A stretch of DNA of 61,380 bases, filler included. It is 4 parts of 4 records of this genome, joined end to end, with 100 filler letters (N's around TTAATTAATTAA, not from the genome) between each part and the next. Parts side by side here need not be neighbours in the genome. Positions count along the whole stretch, not along the records: positions 22,166 to 38,458 come from SRR20825006_1223; positions 38,559 to 47,423 come from SRR20825006_1226; 2 more parts are not named here. One strand, written 5' to 3'. Positions 28,848 through 39,741 of this stretch are shown piece after piece (position 1 is the stretch's first letter; the number at the start of each line of letters is the position of its first letter). Under the pieces are notes generated by a model. It saw only the letters and a list, made by a program, of their open reading frames with translations, had not been told where the DNA came from and did not search any database. The translations under genes were made by a program, and so were the position numbers.

Positions 28848-29966
28848 TCAGTTGGCGGCGTTGTTCGCCGTGTTGAAGACACCAAAGACCGAACCAACAA
28901 GGCTCAGAACCGTGCGGGCACCGTTGATCGGGCTTTCGGTGACCAGAACCACGTCGCCCGAATTGATGTTGAAGTTGCGCGCGGAAAACAGCCCGTCTGC
29001 ATTGGTCAGGTCCAGCGTGAACACGACACGCGGCTGACGCGGTCCGCGCACACCGGGGCGCACTGCGCTGGCGGGATATTCGCGCAGGATCAGGATGCCC
29101 TTGGGGTTGGCCCGCGCCGCGTTCACGCCGCCCAGGATAGCCACGGCGTCCGTGGCCGAAATCTCGTCCTTGGTGAACGGGTACAACGACTGTGTGCCCG
29201 CGGCCCCCATCGACACGAAATACCGCTCATCTGCCTCGACAATAACCTTGTCGCCACCGCGCAGCCGCGTGTCGTGGCCGGGGTTTTCGTACAGGCGGTC
29301 AATCGAGGTGCCATACATCTTGCCGCCCCGCATCAAACGGATCTGCGGGTTTTTCAGGCTACCATCAACGCCACCGCCCGCGGCAATCAACGACAGCACC
29401 GAAAAGTTCTGATCCGGCATCGGGAACGACCCGGGAGCGCGCACGCCGCCCACCAGATCAACAGAGTTCATCCGGCCTTCGGCCATCGAAACCTGAACCT
29501 GCGCCGATGGCACGACGGCTTCCAGGCTGTTCTGAATGGCAGACCGGGCGCTGTCGGGCGTACGGCCCGCCACGTTGATCTTGCCCACGTAGGGAATGAA
29601 CACGGTGCCCGCACCGGTGACGCGCACCTCGGTCAGGTCGGCCACAGGCGAGCCCGGACCGGTCAGAAGAGAGTTTTCGCCCGAATCCCAGATGCGGATG
29701 TTCAGCGTATCGCCCGGCGAAATCACCTGCGAGCTGTACCCCTTGGTGGAGCCGATCCAGTTGTAATGTTCGTCGCCGACCTTTGGCCAGCTTGCGATCG
29801 ACGGCAAAAATGCCCGTGTGACGGGGTAAATCGCAAAATCGGCTTCGACGTCGCTCGAAGTTTTCAGAATTTCCTTGTCGACGGCAGCGCCGCGCGGCAG
29901 CTGCGAACAGGCCGCCATAAACACCATGACACAAAGCCATCCGATAACGCGCAAATGTACGGTCAT
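28848..29966 (-). CDS. Polysaccharide export outer-membrane lipoprotein (Wza/OPX family)
   Basis: Lipobox MAAC-SQLPR; ISPGDTLNIRIW, GTVFIPYVGKINVAG and SLBB repeats. Confidence 0.88.
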   Translation of the reverse strand: MTVHLRVIGWLCVMVFMAACSQLPRGAAVDKEILKTSSDVEADFAIYPVTRAFLPSIASWPKVGDEHYNWIGSTKGYSSQVISPGDTLNIRIWDSGENSLLTGPGSPVADLTEVRVTGAGTVFIPYVGKINVAGRTPDSARSAIQNSLEAVVPSAQVQVSMAEGRMNSVDLVGGVRAPGSFPMPDQNFSVLSLIAAGGGVDGSLKNPQIRLMRGGKMYGTSIDRLYENPGHDTRLRGGDKVIVEADERYFVSMGAAGTQSLYPFTKDEISATDAVAILGGVNAARANPKGILILREYPASAVRPGVRGPRQPRVVFTLDLTNADGLFSARNFNINSGDVVLVTESPINGARTVLSLVGSVFGVFNTANNAAN

Positions 29967-30065
29967 GCTTGTTTGCCCCCAGGCAGCTATTTTTCTTTCG
30001 GATCAGCTGGCAGATTAACGCTGAAACGTTTGAATTTTCTGCAGCGCAAGATACTGGATGGGGTC

Positions 30066-30899
30066 ATGCCGTCAACGCCAACACGCCCTGATTTCAACAA
30101 TAAGCGCCTCGTGGTTCTGGGCGCGACAGGGCGGCTGGGCGGTATTCTGCGCAAGCACTGGAAAACCGACGCCGTTCGATGGCAGGCCCGCACCGAAAGG
30201 GACGGATGTCACCGCGTCGATATTCTGAATGATCCCAAAGCGCTACGCGACCTGTGCAGCGGTGCCGATGCCGTTTTATGTCTGGCAGGCGTCACAAGGG
30301 GCAATCCCGCTGCCTTGCAACACAATACAGATCTGGCGCTCGCGGCGATCACTGCGGCAAATAGCGCGCGTGTCTTTTTGGCCTCTTCGGCGGCGGTTTA
30401 TGGCGCAGGCGGCAAGGATTTGCGCGAAACCGATGCCGTGATGCCCCTGTCACCCTACGGGGAGGCCAAGTTGGCGATGGAACAGGCTGCCCTTTCCTCT
30501 GGCGCGCCGGTCACTTGTCTGCGTATCGGGAACGTCGCCGGGGCGGATGCTATCCTGGGCGGCTGGCACAGTGAGATGGCGCTGGACAGCGACGCGGACG
30601 GGCGAACGCCGCTCCGCAGTTACATCGGGCCGCAAACCCTTGCCCGCACTTTGGCCCATGTGATCACCGCCGACGCGCCGCCGCCGGTGCTGAACATTTC
30701 GGCCCCCGGTTCGGTGCAGATGGGCGCGTTGCTGGATGCCGCCGGTCTGCCCTGGCGGCCGACCGCGCCGTCCGGTCCGGTGATCTGGGACGTAACCCTG
30801 AACACGGACAGGCTTGCCTTGTTCGCCCCATTTGCACCACAAGACAGCACCGCCGCAGGCATCGCCGCCGAATGGCATCACGCAAGAGACCCGCAATGA
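30066..30899 (+). CDS. NAD-dependent epimerase/dehydratase
   Basis: VLGATGRLG, ASSAAVYG, YGEAK and LRIGNVAG. The ORF track's upstream extension is an antisense shadow of the wza-like gene. Confidence 0.85.
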   Translation: MPSTPTRPDFNNKRLVVLGATGRLGGILRKHWKTDAVRWQARTERDGCHRVDILNDPKALRDLCSGADAVLCLAGVTRGNPAALQHNTDLALAAITAANSARVFLASSAAVYGAGGKDLRETDAVMPLSPYGEAKLAMEQAALSSGAPVTCLRIGNVAGADAILGGWHSEMALDSDADGRTPLRSYIGPQTLARTLAHVITADAPPPVLNISAPGSVQMGALLDAAGLPWRPTAPSGPVIWDVTLNTDRLALFAPFAPQDSTAAGIAAEWHHARDPQ

Positions 30900-31534
30900 C
30901 CTGGCGCAAGCGCATTTTCGATCTGTTCTTTGCCAGCCTGCTGGCGGTCATCCTTGGCCCCGTCATCCTGTGGCTGGTCGTCTATATCCTGATCAAACAG
31001 GGCCGACCGCTGTTCTACGTGGCCGAACGCATGAAAACCCCGACCCAGTCCTTTGGCCTGTGGAAGTTTCGCACCATGTCCGTTGTCGACGAGGACGCAG
31101 GCGTGTCCGGCGGCGACAAAAGCGCCCGGATCACCCCGCTGGGCGCGAAACTGCGCGCCAGGCGGCTGGACGAGTTTCCACAGCTTTGGAACATACTTAA
31201 AGGTGACCTGAGCTTTGTCGGCCCACGCCCGCCCCTGCGCGAGTATGTCGAGCGGTTTCCGCAGATCTATGGTCAGGTGCTGAAATCGCGGCCCGGCGTC
31301 ACGGGATTGGCGACCATCCGGTTTCACAAACACGAAGACAGGCTTTTGGCCCGCTGCAAGACACCCGAAGCCACGGACGACATATATACGCGCATCTGTG
31401 TCCCGCGTAAAGCACGGCTGGACCTGATCTATCAGCGCAATCAATCGACCTGTTATGACTTTGACCTTGTGTTCCAGACCATCGGGAACCTTTTTCGCAG
31501 GCGGTCGTCCGCCACCAGACCACCACGACGCTGA
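30896..31534 (+). CDS. Bacterial sugar transferase (phosphoglycosyl transferase)
   Basis: KRIFDL, KFRTM, RLDEFPQLWNILKGDLSFVGPRP and RPGVTGLA. Confidence 0.92.
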   Translation: MTWRKRIFDLFFASLLAVILGPVILWLVVYILIKQGRPLFYVAERMKTPTQSFGLWKFRTMSVVDEDAGVSGGDKSARITPLGAKLRARRLDEFPQLWNILKGDLSFVGPRPPLREYVERFPQIYGQVLKSRPGVTGLATIRFHKHEDRLLARCKTPEATDDIYTRICVPRKARLDLIYQRNQSTCYDFDLVFQTIGNLFRRRSSATRPPRR

Positions 31535-31729
31535 CACGAGGTGCGAATCGCTCGATACTGGCTTAAGGTTCGCGAAGCGACTATTTTTTAGAAAGAATTA
31601 ACCGAACGTCATTGATAAATGCCGCTGCATGGTCTTTTGCATTTGCAGAAACTCAATCCTAGGTTGGCGATTTGCAAAAGCGTCCTAGTTGAGGGCCACG
31701 TGATCAAGAATGTATTTCAGGGGCGATAA

Positions 31730-33634
31730 GTGCTGAATTTCATCAAATCGCTCTCGCGATCGCAAAAGCGCAACATCATGCTGTTCATCGACGCGATGCT
31801 GGTGCCGATCGCGCTGTTCTTTTCGTTCTCGCTGCACGCCAGCGGCGAGGCGTTCGCCATGATGTTGGCCTATCTGCCGATCCTGCCCTATCTGCTGATC
31901 ATCGGCGGCGCGCTGTCAGTTCTCATGGGCATTTCGACCATTCAACTGAACGCCTATGAAACCGGTGCCATTGGCCTGACAGGTGCATTTGCCGCAGCGC
32001 TCGTGATCGTATCCTACCTGCTGACCACCGCGGCGCGCATTCCGATCACGATTCCAACGCATATTATCTTTGGCATCAGCTTTTTCATCTTTTCGATCAT
32101 TAGCCGTGCGGTGCTGTTGCAGATCGTCTTGGCCATCTATCGCCGGTCGTCCCTGCGCTGTCGCGTCCTGATCTATGGGGCGGGCACCACGGGCACACAG
32201 CTGGTGTCGGCCTTGCGCAGCCACGAACATATCGAACCCGTCGCCTTTGTGGATGACAGCAAGGCATTGCACGGGCTGATCGTGGCGCGGCTGCCGGTCT
32301 ATTCCCCTGTGCGTATTGCCGAGATTGCTGCGGAGAAAAGGATCGACCGCGTTCTGCTTGCGCTACCTTCCCTCAGCCTGCCCAAACAGGCGCAGATATC
32401 AAGGCGGCTGCAAAAGATGGGGCTCGAGGTGCAGGCGTTGCCCTCCTTCGCGCAACTCGTCGGAGAGGAAGCGCTGGTCGACAAGCTGACCGATGTCGAA
32501 CCCAAGCTGTTTTTGAACCGCGACGAAGTGGCGACCGAAACCGGCGCCAGCGCGATTGCCAGCTATCAAGGCAAAACCGTGCTGATCTCGGGCGCGGGCG
32601 GGTCCATCGGGTCAGAGCTGTGCCGGCAGGTCATGCAATGCGGTCCCGCGAAAATGGTCCTGTTCGAACTGAGCGAGGTCGCGCTGTACAAGGTCGATAT
32701 GGAACTGCGCCAGATCGCCGAAGACACGGATATCGAGATTGTGCCGGTGCTGGGCACGGTCACCGATGCACGGCAGGTGCGGGGCGTTCTGTCCGATCAC
32801 AACGTTCAGGTTGTGCTGCACGCGGCGGCCTACAAACACGTGCCACTGGTCGAGTCCAACCCCCTCACAGGGCTGGCCAACAATGTACTGGGCACGCACA
32901 CCCTCGCGACCGAAGCCGCAAAGACGAATGTTGAACGGTTCATCCTGATCAGCTCGGACAAGGCAGTGCGCCCCACGAATGTAATGGGGGCATCGAAACG
33001 TCTGGCCGAACTGGTGGTGCAGGATCTGGCCAGCCGCGTGCCTGCGGGCGACGCGCCGATTTATACGATGGTACGCTTTGGCAATGTTCTGGGCTCGTCC
33101 GGGTCGGTTGTCCCGCTGTTCCAGGAACAGTTGCGCCGCGGTGGCCCCGTGACCGTGACCCACCCCGAGGTGTCACGCTATTTCATGACGGCACAAGAGG
33201 CCGTGCACCTGGTGCTGCGCGCCGGTGCAATGGCCAAGGGTGGCGAGGTTTTCGTTCTGGACATGGGCAAACCGGTTCACATTGAAAAGCTGGCGCGCCA
33301 GGTCATCGAAAGCGCGGGCTATACGGTGCGTGACGCCAAGCACCCCGATGGCGATATCGAAATTGAATTCATCGGCCTGCGTCCCGGCGAAAAGATGACC
33401 GAAGAGCTGACCCTGACCGGTAACCTGATCGGCACAACCCACCGCAAGATTTTCTCGGCAGATGAAGTGGCCCTTTCGGAAATCGAAATCGCAAGCGCGC
33501 TGCGGGCCTTGCGCGCAGCCCTCGCATCCAACGACGAACAGGCCGCCAGGGAAGTCGCCCTGCGGTGGGTCGAAGGCTATTCAATTTCCCCCCACGGACA
33601 ACTGGCCGACGCGACACAATTCACTCCGGTTTAA
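31730..33634 (+). CDS. CapD/PglF-type nucleoside-diphosphate sugar dehydratase
   Basis: N-terminal TMs; GAGGSIGSEL, HAAAYKHVP, SDKAVRPTNVMGASKR and RFGNVLGSSGSV. Confidence 0.93.
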   Translation: MLNFIKSLSRSQKRNIMLFIDAMLVPIALFFSFSLHASGEAFAMMLAYLPILPYLLIIGGALSVLMGISTIQLNAYETGAIGLTGAFAAALVIVSYLLTTAARIPITIPTHIIFGISFFIFSIISRAVLLQIVLAIYRRSSLRCRVLIYGAGTTGTQLVSALRSHEHIEPVAFVDDSKALHGLIVARLPVYSPVRIAEIAAEKRIDRVLLALPSLSLPKQAQISRRLQKMGLEVQALPSFAQLVGEEALVDKLTDVEPKLFLNRDEVATETGASAIASYQGKTVLISGAGGSIGSELCRQVMQCGPAKMVLFELSEVALYKVDMELRQIAEDTDIEIVPVLGTVTDARQVRGVLSDHNVQVVLHAAAYKHVPLVESNPLTGLANNVLGTHTLATEAAKTNVERFILISSDKAVRPTNVMGASKRLAELVVQDLASRVPAGDAPIYTMVRFGNVLGSSGSVVPLFQEQLRRGGPVTVTHPEVSRYFMTAQEAVHLVLRAGAMAKGGEVFVLDMGKPVHIEKLARQVIESAGYTVRDAKHPDGDIEIEFIGLRPGEKMTEELTLTGNLIGTTHRKIFSADEVALSEIEIASALRALRAALASNDEQAAREVALRWVEGYSISPHGQLADATQFTPV

Positions 33635-33770
33635 GAGCCGTGCACGCCCGATTGTCACCCGAATGCCGCGGTTGCGCGCCAAGCCCTGCAATCCGGGGCA
33701 ATCCGGTTGATCTGACCCCGCGCCGCATGGTCTAGTCCCTCAAACAGTTCAACAACAGATCGGGTGCAGC

Positions 33771-35933
33771 GTGCAGCGAGCCATTCTCCGCAATACAAGC
33801 TTTGCTGCCGCCTTTGTCGCGCTGGGCACGGCGGCATATGCCTAAAGCGATGACGGCACCCCGCACTTCAAAATGCCGGTGCAACCTTCGTTGAACCTGT
33901 ACGGCAGCCCCGGCGTGATCGACATGCCCTCGGGCGAAGCATTGCCCGACGCGCAATTCGCCGTCAGCTACTCCTATTTCGGCGGCATCAGCCGCAGCGC
34001 GATGACCTTTCAGTTCTCGCCCCGCATTTCGGCGACGTTCCGCTATGTCGGCATTCGAAACTGGAACGACAACGGTTTCGACACCTACCGCGACCGCAAC
34101 TTTGACGTCCGCTTCCTGCTGCGCCGCGAATCGCAATACTTGCCCGCGATCACGCTGGGACTTCAGGATTTCGCAGGCACCGGCATCAACGCGGCCGAAT
34201 ATGTCGTTGCCACCAAAACCTTTGACCGACCGCTCAGCCTGCCCGGAACCATGAAGGTGTCGGCGGGTCTGGGTTGGGGCAGACTGGCGTCTTCCGGGTC
34301 GATCGGTTCGCTGTTCGGCAGCAACCGCCCCAAATTCAACCCCAACAGCAAGGGCGGCAACTTTGCCACCGACCAATGGTTCCGCGGCCCGACAGCGCCC
34401 TTCGCGGGCATCGAATGGCAGATCGACAACCGTTGGGCGGTCAAGGCCGAATATTCATCGGACGCCTATGAACCCGAGACCTCGCGCGGGGTGTTCACCC
34501 GCAAGAGCAGGATGAACTTTGGCGCGGAATATCAATATTCGCAGAACCTGCGCCTGGGCGCATATTGGATGTACGGCTCTGAATTCGGCATAAGCGCCCA
34601 GTTGCAGGTCAACCCCAAACGCGCGACCACGCCGATGATGGTGTCAGGTCCGCGTACCATCCAGCAACGTCCGACCCGCGCAGAGAACCCCGCCGCCTGG
34701 TCCGAGGACTGGAGCACGAGCGCCACGGCCCCGACAACCATTCGCGACGCCTTGCGCCCCGAGCTGGAAAAAGAAGGGCTGACGCTGGAGGCATTGTCCC
34801 TCAGCGCCAACAGCGCTGAACTGCGGTTCATCAACCGCCGCTATTCCGCAGACGCAGCCGCCATTGGTCGTGCTGCACGCGTGATGGCGATGATCCTGCC
34901 GCCGTCGGTTGAAACCTTCCGCCTTGTGCTGGTGCAGAACAACCTGCCGCTCAGCACCGTGACCCTGCGCCGTTCGGACCTCGAGGCGCTGGAATTCCAG
35001 CCAGACAACACCGACGCCCTGCTGGCGGTCACCGGTTTCAGCGAAGCGGCACCAAACCTGCCCTATGCCGTGAAAAACCCCGACCTGTATCCGTCGCTGA
35101 ACTTTTCTGTGGGTCCATATGTGTCCCCCAGCTATTTCGATCCCGAAAGTCCGGTGCGGGCAGATGCAGGCGTCAGCGCCGAATTCCGTTATCGCTTTGC
35201 CCCGGGCTGGCTGGTCGCGGGCGAAATGCGCCACCGTCTGATCGGAAACATCGCCAACAGCGATCGGTTCTCGAACTCTCAGCTGCCGCGCGTCCGCACC
35301 GATTCCCTGCGGTATGCGCAGGCCGCCGACACCACCCTGCACAAGCTTTATATCAGCAAGCAGTGGAAACCCGGAGCCAACACCTATGCCCGCGTCACCG
35401 CCGGTTATCTGGAGCAGATGTTCGGCGGCGTTTCTGCAGAATTGCTGTGGAAGCCGGTGAACAGCCGTCTGGCGCTGGGTGTCGAGGCCAACTATGTCAA
35501 ACAGCGTGAATACGAACAGCGGTTTGGCTTTCAGGACTATTCCGTCGCCACGGGCCATGTCTCGGCCTATTACGAATTCGGGCGCGGTTACATGGGCCAA
35601 CTGGACGTCGGCCGCTATCTGGCAGGCGACGTGGGGGCCACCGCGACCGTGACCCGCGAATTTGCAAACGGATGGCGTGTCGGCGGTTTCTTTACACTGA
35701 CCAACGTATCCGCAGCCGAGTTCGGCGAAGGGTCCTTTGACAAGGGTATCATCCTGCAAATCCCCGTGGGCTGGTTTACCGGTCAACCGTCGAAACGCAC
35801 CGTGTCGACGACGATCCGTCCGATCCAGCGGGACGGCGGCGCGCGTCTGGACGTGCCGGGGCGCCTGTATGAACAAGTGCGCAACGGACACCGCAACGAC
35901 ATTGTCGCCGACTTCGGGAGGGCCTGGGAATGA
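33771..35933 (+). pseudogene. yjbH: YjbH/GfcD outer-membrane beta-barrel with in-frame TAA (33843-33845) right after the signal peptide
   Basis: GTG 33771 gives MQRAILRNTSFAAAFVALGTAAYA*SDDG..., in frame with the 33873-35933 ORF (LYGSPGVIDMPSG, GLGWGRL, GYLEQMFGG, FGEGSFDKG). Confidence 0.7.
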
Positions 35934-36613
35934 AAATGCGCCATATCTGTCTGGCCCTGTGCGCCAGTCTGGCCCTGTCTGCTTGCAGCGGAGGCACCGA
36001 AAAGGCCAGCTCGCAATCGTCCACCCTGTCCGAAGTGGCCAACGTCATTGTTGCGGGTCGCAAAGCCAAGCGGAATCCGCCGGAATTGCCGACCCTGACG
36101 CGGCCCTTGCTGGACAATCTGACTGTCGGCTCGCTCGAAGTTATTGCATCCAAACGCGCGCAGACCGCCTATTTGATCCCCGAGGCAAGACGCAGCGGAA
36201 ACCTGACGGTCTGGCGCACAGGCGGCAACAGTCAGGTCATTCTGCGTGACGGCGTATTGATCGGCACCAAGGGGTTGGGCAATGATCTTGCCTCTGCCGA
36301 CGCGTCCCCCGCGCTGGCGGCTGTACGCAGCCGTGGCAGCAGTGCAGGCCAACGCGTGATGTACATCCGCAACGACGTGAACGGCGTCGACCGCATGTCG
36401 CTGAGCTGCGAGGTGCACAATCTGGGTGCCGAAAACCTCGAGATCGTCGAACGCAGTTTCCCGACCGTTCACCTGCGCGAGGATTGCAGCAACGAAACCG
36501 GGAAGATCGCCAACCATTACTGGGTGGACCGCCGCGATGGCACGGTCTGGAAATCGCGGCAATGGGCTGGCCCGCAAACCGGCTATCTGGATATCCGGTT
36601 GCTGAAAAAATAA
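35930..36613 (+). CDS. YjbF/GfcB-family lipoprotein
   Basis: Lipobox LSAC; LRDGVLIGTKGLGNDL and NHYWVD...SRQW; ATGA overlap with yjbH. Confidence 0.85.
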   Translation: MKMRHICLALCASLALSACSGGTEKASSQSSTLSEVANVIVAGRKAKRNPPELPTLTRPLLDNLTVGSLEVIASKRAQTAYLIPEARRSGNLTVWRTGGNSQVILRDGVLIGTKGLGNDLASADASPALAAVRSRGSSAGQRVMYIRNDVNGVDRMSLSCEVHNLGAENLEIVERSFPTVHLREDCSNETGKIANHYWVDRRDGTVWKSRQWAGPQTGYLDIRLLKK

Positions 36614-36764
36614 TGCCTGGCGAAGCCAGCATCCCCTGAAGGCGTGTCTTTGGTTCGACAACACGGCAACAAAAGATGCGGTTTTGATCTGATCAAAGCC
36701 GAGTCTGTTGAGACAACAAGGGTTCTGGGGTACTCAAACAACATCTGATCCAAGGAGTCATATT

Positions 36765-37007
36765 ATGACCAAAGCATTGAAAATCTTCTCGGCGGCCGCC
36801 CTGTCGGCTGCAATGGCGCTGCCCGCTTTCGCCGATGACATCCCCCTGAATTCAACAGTTTCCGGCGGTGCGGGCCAGGCTAATGTCGACGGCCAAACAA
36901 CTCTGCTTAGTGGCGAGTTAGAGGCAGGAATCGCCATCGGCGCGACGGCGGCGGTTATCGTTGCGCTCGCCGGGTCCAACAATGCAACGGTTACTTCGAC
37001 ACCGTAA
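36765..37007 (+). CDS. Small secreted protein, GfcA/YjbE-like
   Basis: AAGGAG RBS; signal peptide ending AFA; C-terminal hydrophobic helix and Thr/Ser tail; located after yjbH-yjbF. Confidence 0.6.
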   Translation: MTKALKIFSAAALSAAMALPAFADDIPLNSTVSGGAGQANVDGQTTLLSGELEAGIAIGATAAVIVALAGSNNATVTSTP

Positions 37008-37031
37008 ACCGCCGTTGCCTGCGCGTTGATC

Positions 37032-37062
37032 AAACCGGATGCCTTCAAGCGTCCGGTTTTTT
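37032..37062. terminator. Rho-independent terminator
   Basis: AAACCGGATGC...GCGTCCGGTTTTTT between convergent genes. Confidence 0.75.
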
Positions 37063-37091
37063 CGGTTAACGCGCTCAAGCAGGCAATTTGC

Positions 37092-37625
37092 TTAGTTCAA
37101 CAGCCCCTTGATCGCGTGAACCACCGGCTCCGACAGCGGCTTTGTCCCTGATCCCCAGGTTGCAACAACCTCGCCGTCCGGTCCGATCAGCACCTTTTGA
37201 AAATTCCACTTCGGCTCGAACCCGGTCTCGCGGCGGACCTGCGCATAGAACGGATGCGCATCCGCACCGCGCACATGGGTGATGTCCGTCATCGGCAGGT
37301 CCAAACCAAAGGTCAGCTCGCAGAATTCCTTGACCTCGGCGGCGCTGTCCAGCTCTTGCCAGAAATCGTCCGAGGGCACCGCCAGCACCACCAACCCGCG
37401 CGCCTTATAGCGGTCATACAGCGTCTGAAGCTCGGCGTATTGCGGAGTATAGCCACATTGCGACGCGGTGTTGACGACCAGTACGGGGCGACCCGCCCAA
37501 TCATCCATCGCCAATTGACCCCCGTCGATATTTGAAAACCGCTGACCGCTGACCCCGGCAAGGGCCGCCGTTCCAAGGGCTAGGCTGGCGGACAGCGCGG
37601 CGAACATTCGGACAAGGCGTTTCAT
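37092..37625 (-). CDS. Glutathione peroxidase (exported)
   Basis: VLVVNTASQCGYTPQY, LAVPSDDF and PKWNFQKVLI; signal peptide; start ATG 37625. Confidence 0.9.
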   Translation of the reverse strand: MKRLVRMFAALSASLALGTAALAGVSGQRFSNIDGGQLAMDDWAGRPVLVVNTASQCGYTPQYAELQTLYDRYKARGLVVLAVPSDDFWQELDSAAEVKEFCELTFGLDLPMTDITHVRGADAHPFYAQVRRETGFEPKWNFQKVLIGPDGEVVATWGSGTKPLSEPVVHAIKGLLN

Positions 37626-37775
37626 GGCAAATCTCCCGGTACATCTGCTAAGATATACACCGGAACGCTCCAATCGGATCACATTTCCTTTCCGTGACCA
37701 TGCTGTAACATCCCTTTGATTTTTCCGCGTCCACCCCATCTTATGCTCAAAGAAACCCTGACCGAAGGAGGCAAA

Positions 37776-38225
37776 ATGGCCACCTATACCAAAGACCCCG
37801 ACGCCATCGCGCGCCTGTCGCCCGAAGAATACCGCGTGACCCAGCAAAGCGGCACCGAACGGCCCGGCACCGGACCGCTTTTGGACAACAAGGAACCGGG
37901 CATTTACGTCGACATCGTCTCGGGCGAACCGCTGTTTGCATCCTCTGACAAATATGAAAGCGGCTGCGGCTGGCCCAGCTTCACCAAGCCGATTGAACCG
38001 GCCCATGTGAACGAGCTGCGCGATGACAGTCTGGGCATGATCCGCACCGAAGTGCGCAGCACCTACGGCGACAGCCACCTGGGCCACGTTTTCCCCGATG
38101 GCCCACGGGATCGCGGTGGTTTGCGCTATTGCATCAACTCGGCCTCGCTGCGCTTTGTCCATCGCGACGACATGCAGGCCGAGGGTTATGGCGACTACCT
38201 CGACCAGGTGGAGGATGTGGCATGA
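37776..38225 (+). CDS. msrB: Peptide methionine sulfoxide reductase MsrB
   Basis: [30 protein letters not shown] and RYCINSASL. Confidence 0.96.
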   Translation: MATYTKDPDAIARLSPEEYRVTQQSGTERPGTGPLLDNKEPGIYVDIVSGEPLFASSDKYESGCGWPSFTKPIEPAHVNELRDDSLGMIRTEVRSTYGDSHLGHVFPDGPRDRGGLRYCINSASLRFVHRDDMQAEGYGDYLDQVEDVA

Positions 38226-38458
38226 GTGACGCACGCGCAGTTCTGGCAGGCGGATGTTTCTGGGGCATGGAGGATCTGATCCGCAAACGCCCCGGCGTGA
38301 AATCCACCCGTGTCGGATACACTGGCGGTGACGTGCCCAACGCGACCTATCGCAACCACGGCACCCACGCCGAAGGGATCGAGATCATCTATGACCCCTC
38401 GGTCGTGTCCTATCGCGAGTTGCTGGAGTTCTTCTTCCAGATCCACGACCCGACCACG
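38222..38458 (+). CDS. msrA: Peptide methionine sulfoxide reductase MsrA, 3'-truncated
   Basis: AGGCFWG, RVGYTGG, HAEGI and FFQIHDPT. Confidence 0.93.
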
Positions 38459-38558
38459 NNNNNNNNNNNNNNNNNNNNNNNNNNNNNNNNNNNNNNNNNN
38501 NNTTAATTAATTAANNNNNNNNNNNNNNNNNNNNNNNNNNNNNNNNNNNNNNNNNNNN
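38459..38558. other. Artificial contig linker
   Basis: Same N/TTAATTAATTAA/N spacer. Confidence 0.98.
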
Positions 38559-39561
38559 TGGCCTGATCACGCCGTGGAACTGGCCGATCAACCAGATTGT
38601 TCTTAAAGTCATCCCGGCCTTGGCGACGGGCTGTACCTGCGTTTTAAAACCATCTGAGTTTACCCCGCTGAACGCCACCCTTTATGCCGAAATGATTGAT
38701 GAGGCCGGTTTCCCGGCAGGTGTCTTTAACCTTATTCAGGGCGCAGGTCCCGTTGCCGGTGCCACCATGTCGCGCCATCCCGACATCGCCATGATGTCCT
38801 TTACCGGGTCAACCCGGGCGGGCAAGGCGATCACACGGGATGCCGCCGAAAACATCAAACGCGTCACGCTGGAACTCGGTGGGAAATCGCCCAACATCGT
38901 CTTTGATGATGTCGATATCGAAGACCGCATCACCTTTAGCGTTCTCGATGTTTTCAACAATACCGGCCAAACCTGTGACGCGCCGACCCGTATGCTGGTT
39001 CAACGATCAATCTATGACGAAGCCGTAAAAGTTGCCAAAAAAGTCGGCGATGCGGCAAAGGTTGGCGATCCAAGTGTTGAAGGCAGCCATATCGGCCCGC
39101 TGGTCAGTCACATTCAATATGACCGGGTTCAGACCCTTATTCAGGCTGGCATTGACGAAGGTGCCAAATTGCTTGTCGGCGGCGTTGGTAAGCCCGATGG
39201 CATCAACGAAGGATACTTTGCCAAACCAACCATCTTTGCCGATGTGAACAACAATATGCGCATCGCACGCGAAGAAATTTTTGGCCCGGTCGTGGCCATG
39301 ATCCCGTTCGATACCGAAGAAGACGCAATCAAGATCGCCAATGACACGCCATATGGTCTGGCTGCCTATATCCAGACCCCCGATGACGCCAAGGCCGACC
39401 GGGTTGCGCGCAAACTCCGTGCGGGCATGATCCGCATCAATGGTGCCTTCCCACGCCCGGGAAGCCCGTTTGGCGGCTATAAACAATCGGGTGTCGGGCG
39501 AGAAGGCGGGCTGTTTGGCCTTGAAGACTTCATGGAAGTCAAAATGCTGCATAAGCCTTAA
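38559..39561 (+). CDS. Aldehyde dehydrogenase, 5'-truncated
   Basis: ITPWNWP (upstream of the listed ORF start), LKPSE, FTGST, LELGGKSP, GQTC, EEIFGPV and PFGGYKQSG. Confidence 0.93.
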
Positions 39562-39741
39562 TCGATGAAGTTTGGCTGGTCATTGTTCACCGACATGGTG
39601 ACCAGCCATAAAAATTGCAGATTGGTATAGGGCGCCCCGCATTTGAGCCTATCCGTTTGAGAGCAATCCACCAACTATGGATAGTTTACCCTTTCCTTAC
39701 AGACACTTAAAACTTCTGTAGACGTGAGAAAAGGGACACAA

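Noticed and set aside
29274-30065. Apparent N-terminal extension making a 541-aa epimerase fusion
   Set aside because: Overlaps the wza-like gene in antisense; homology starts near ATG 30066.
37626-38234. Apparent 380-aa glutathione peroxidase fusion
   Set aside because: The extension is antisense to msrB; the real gene starts at 37625 with a signal peptide.
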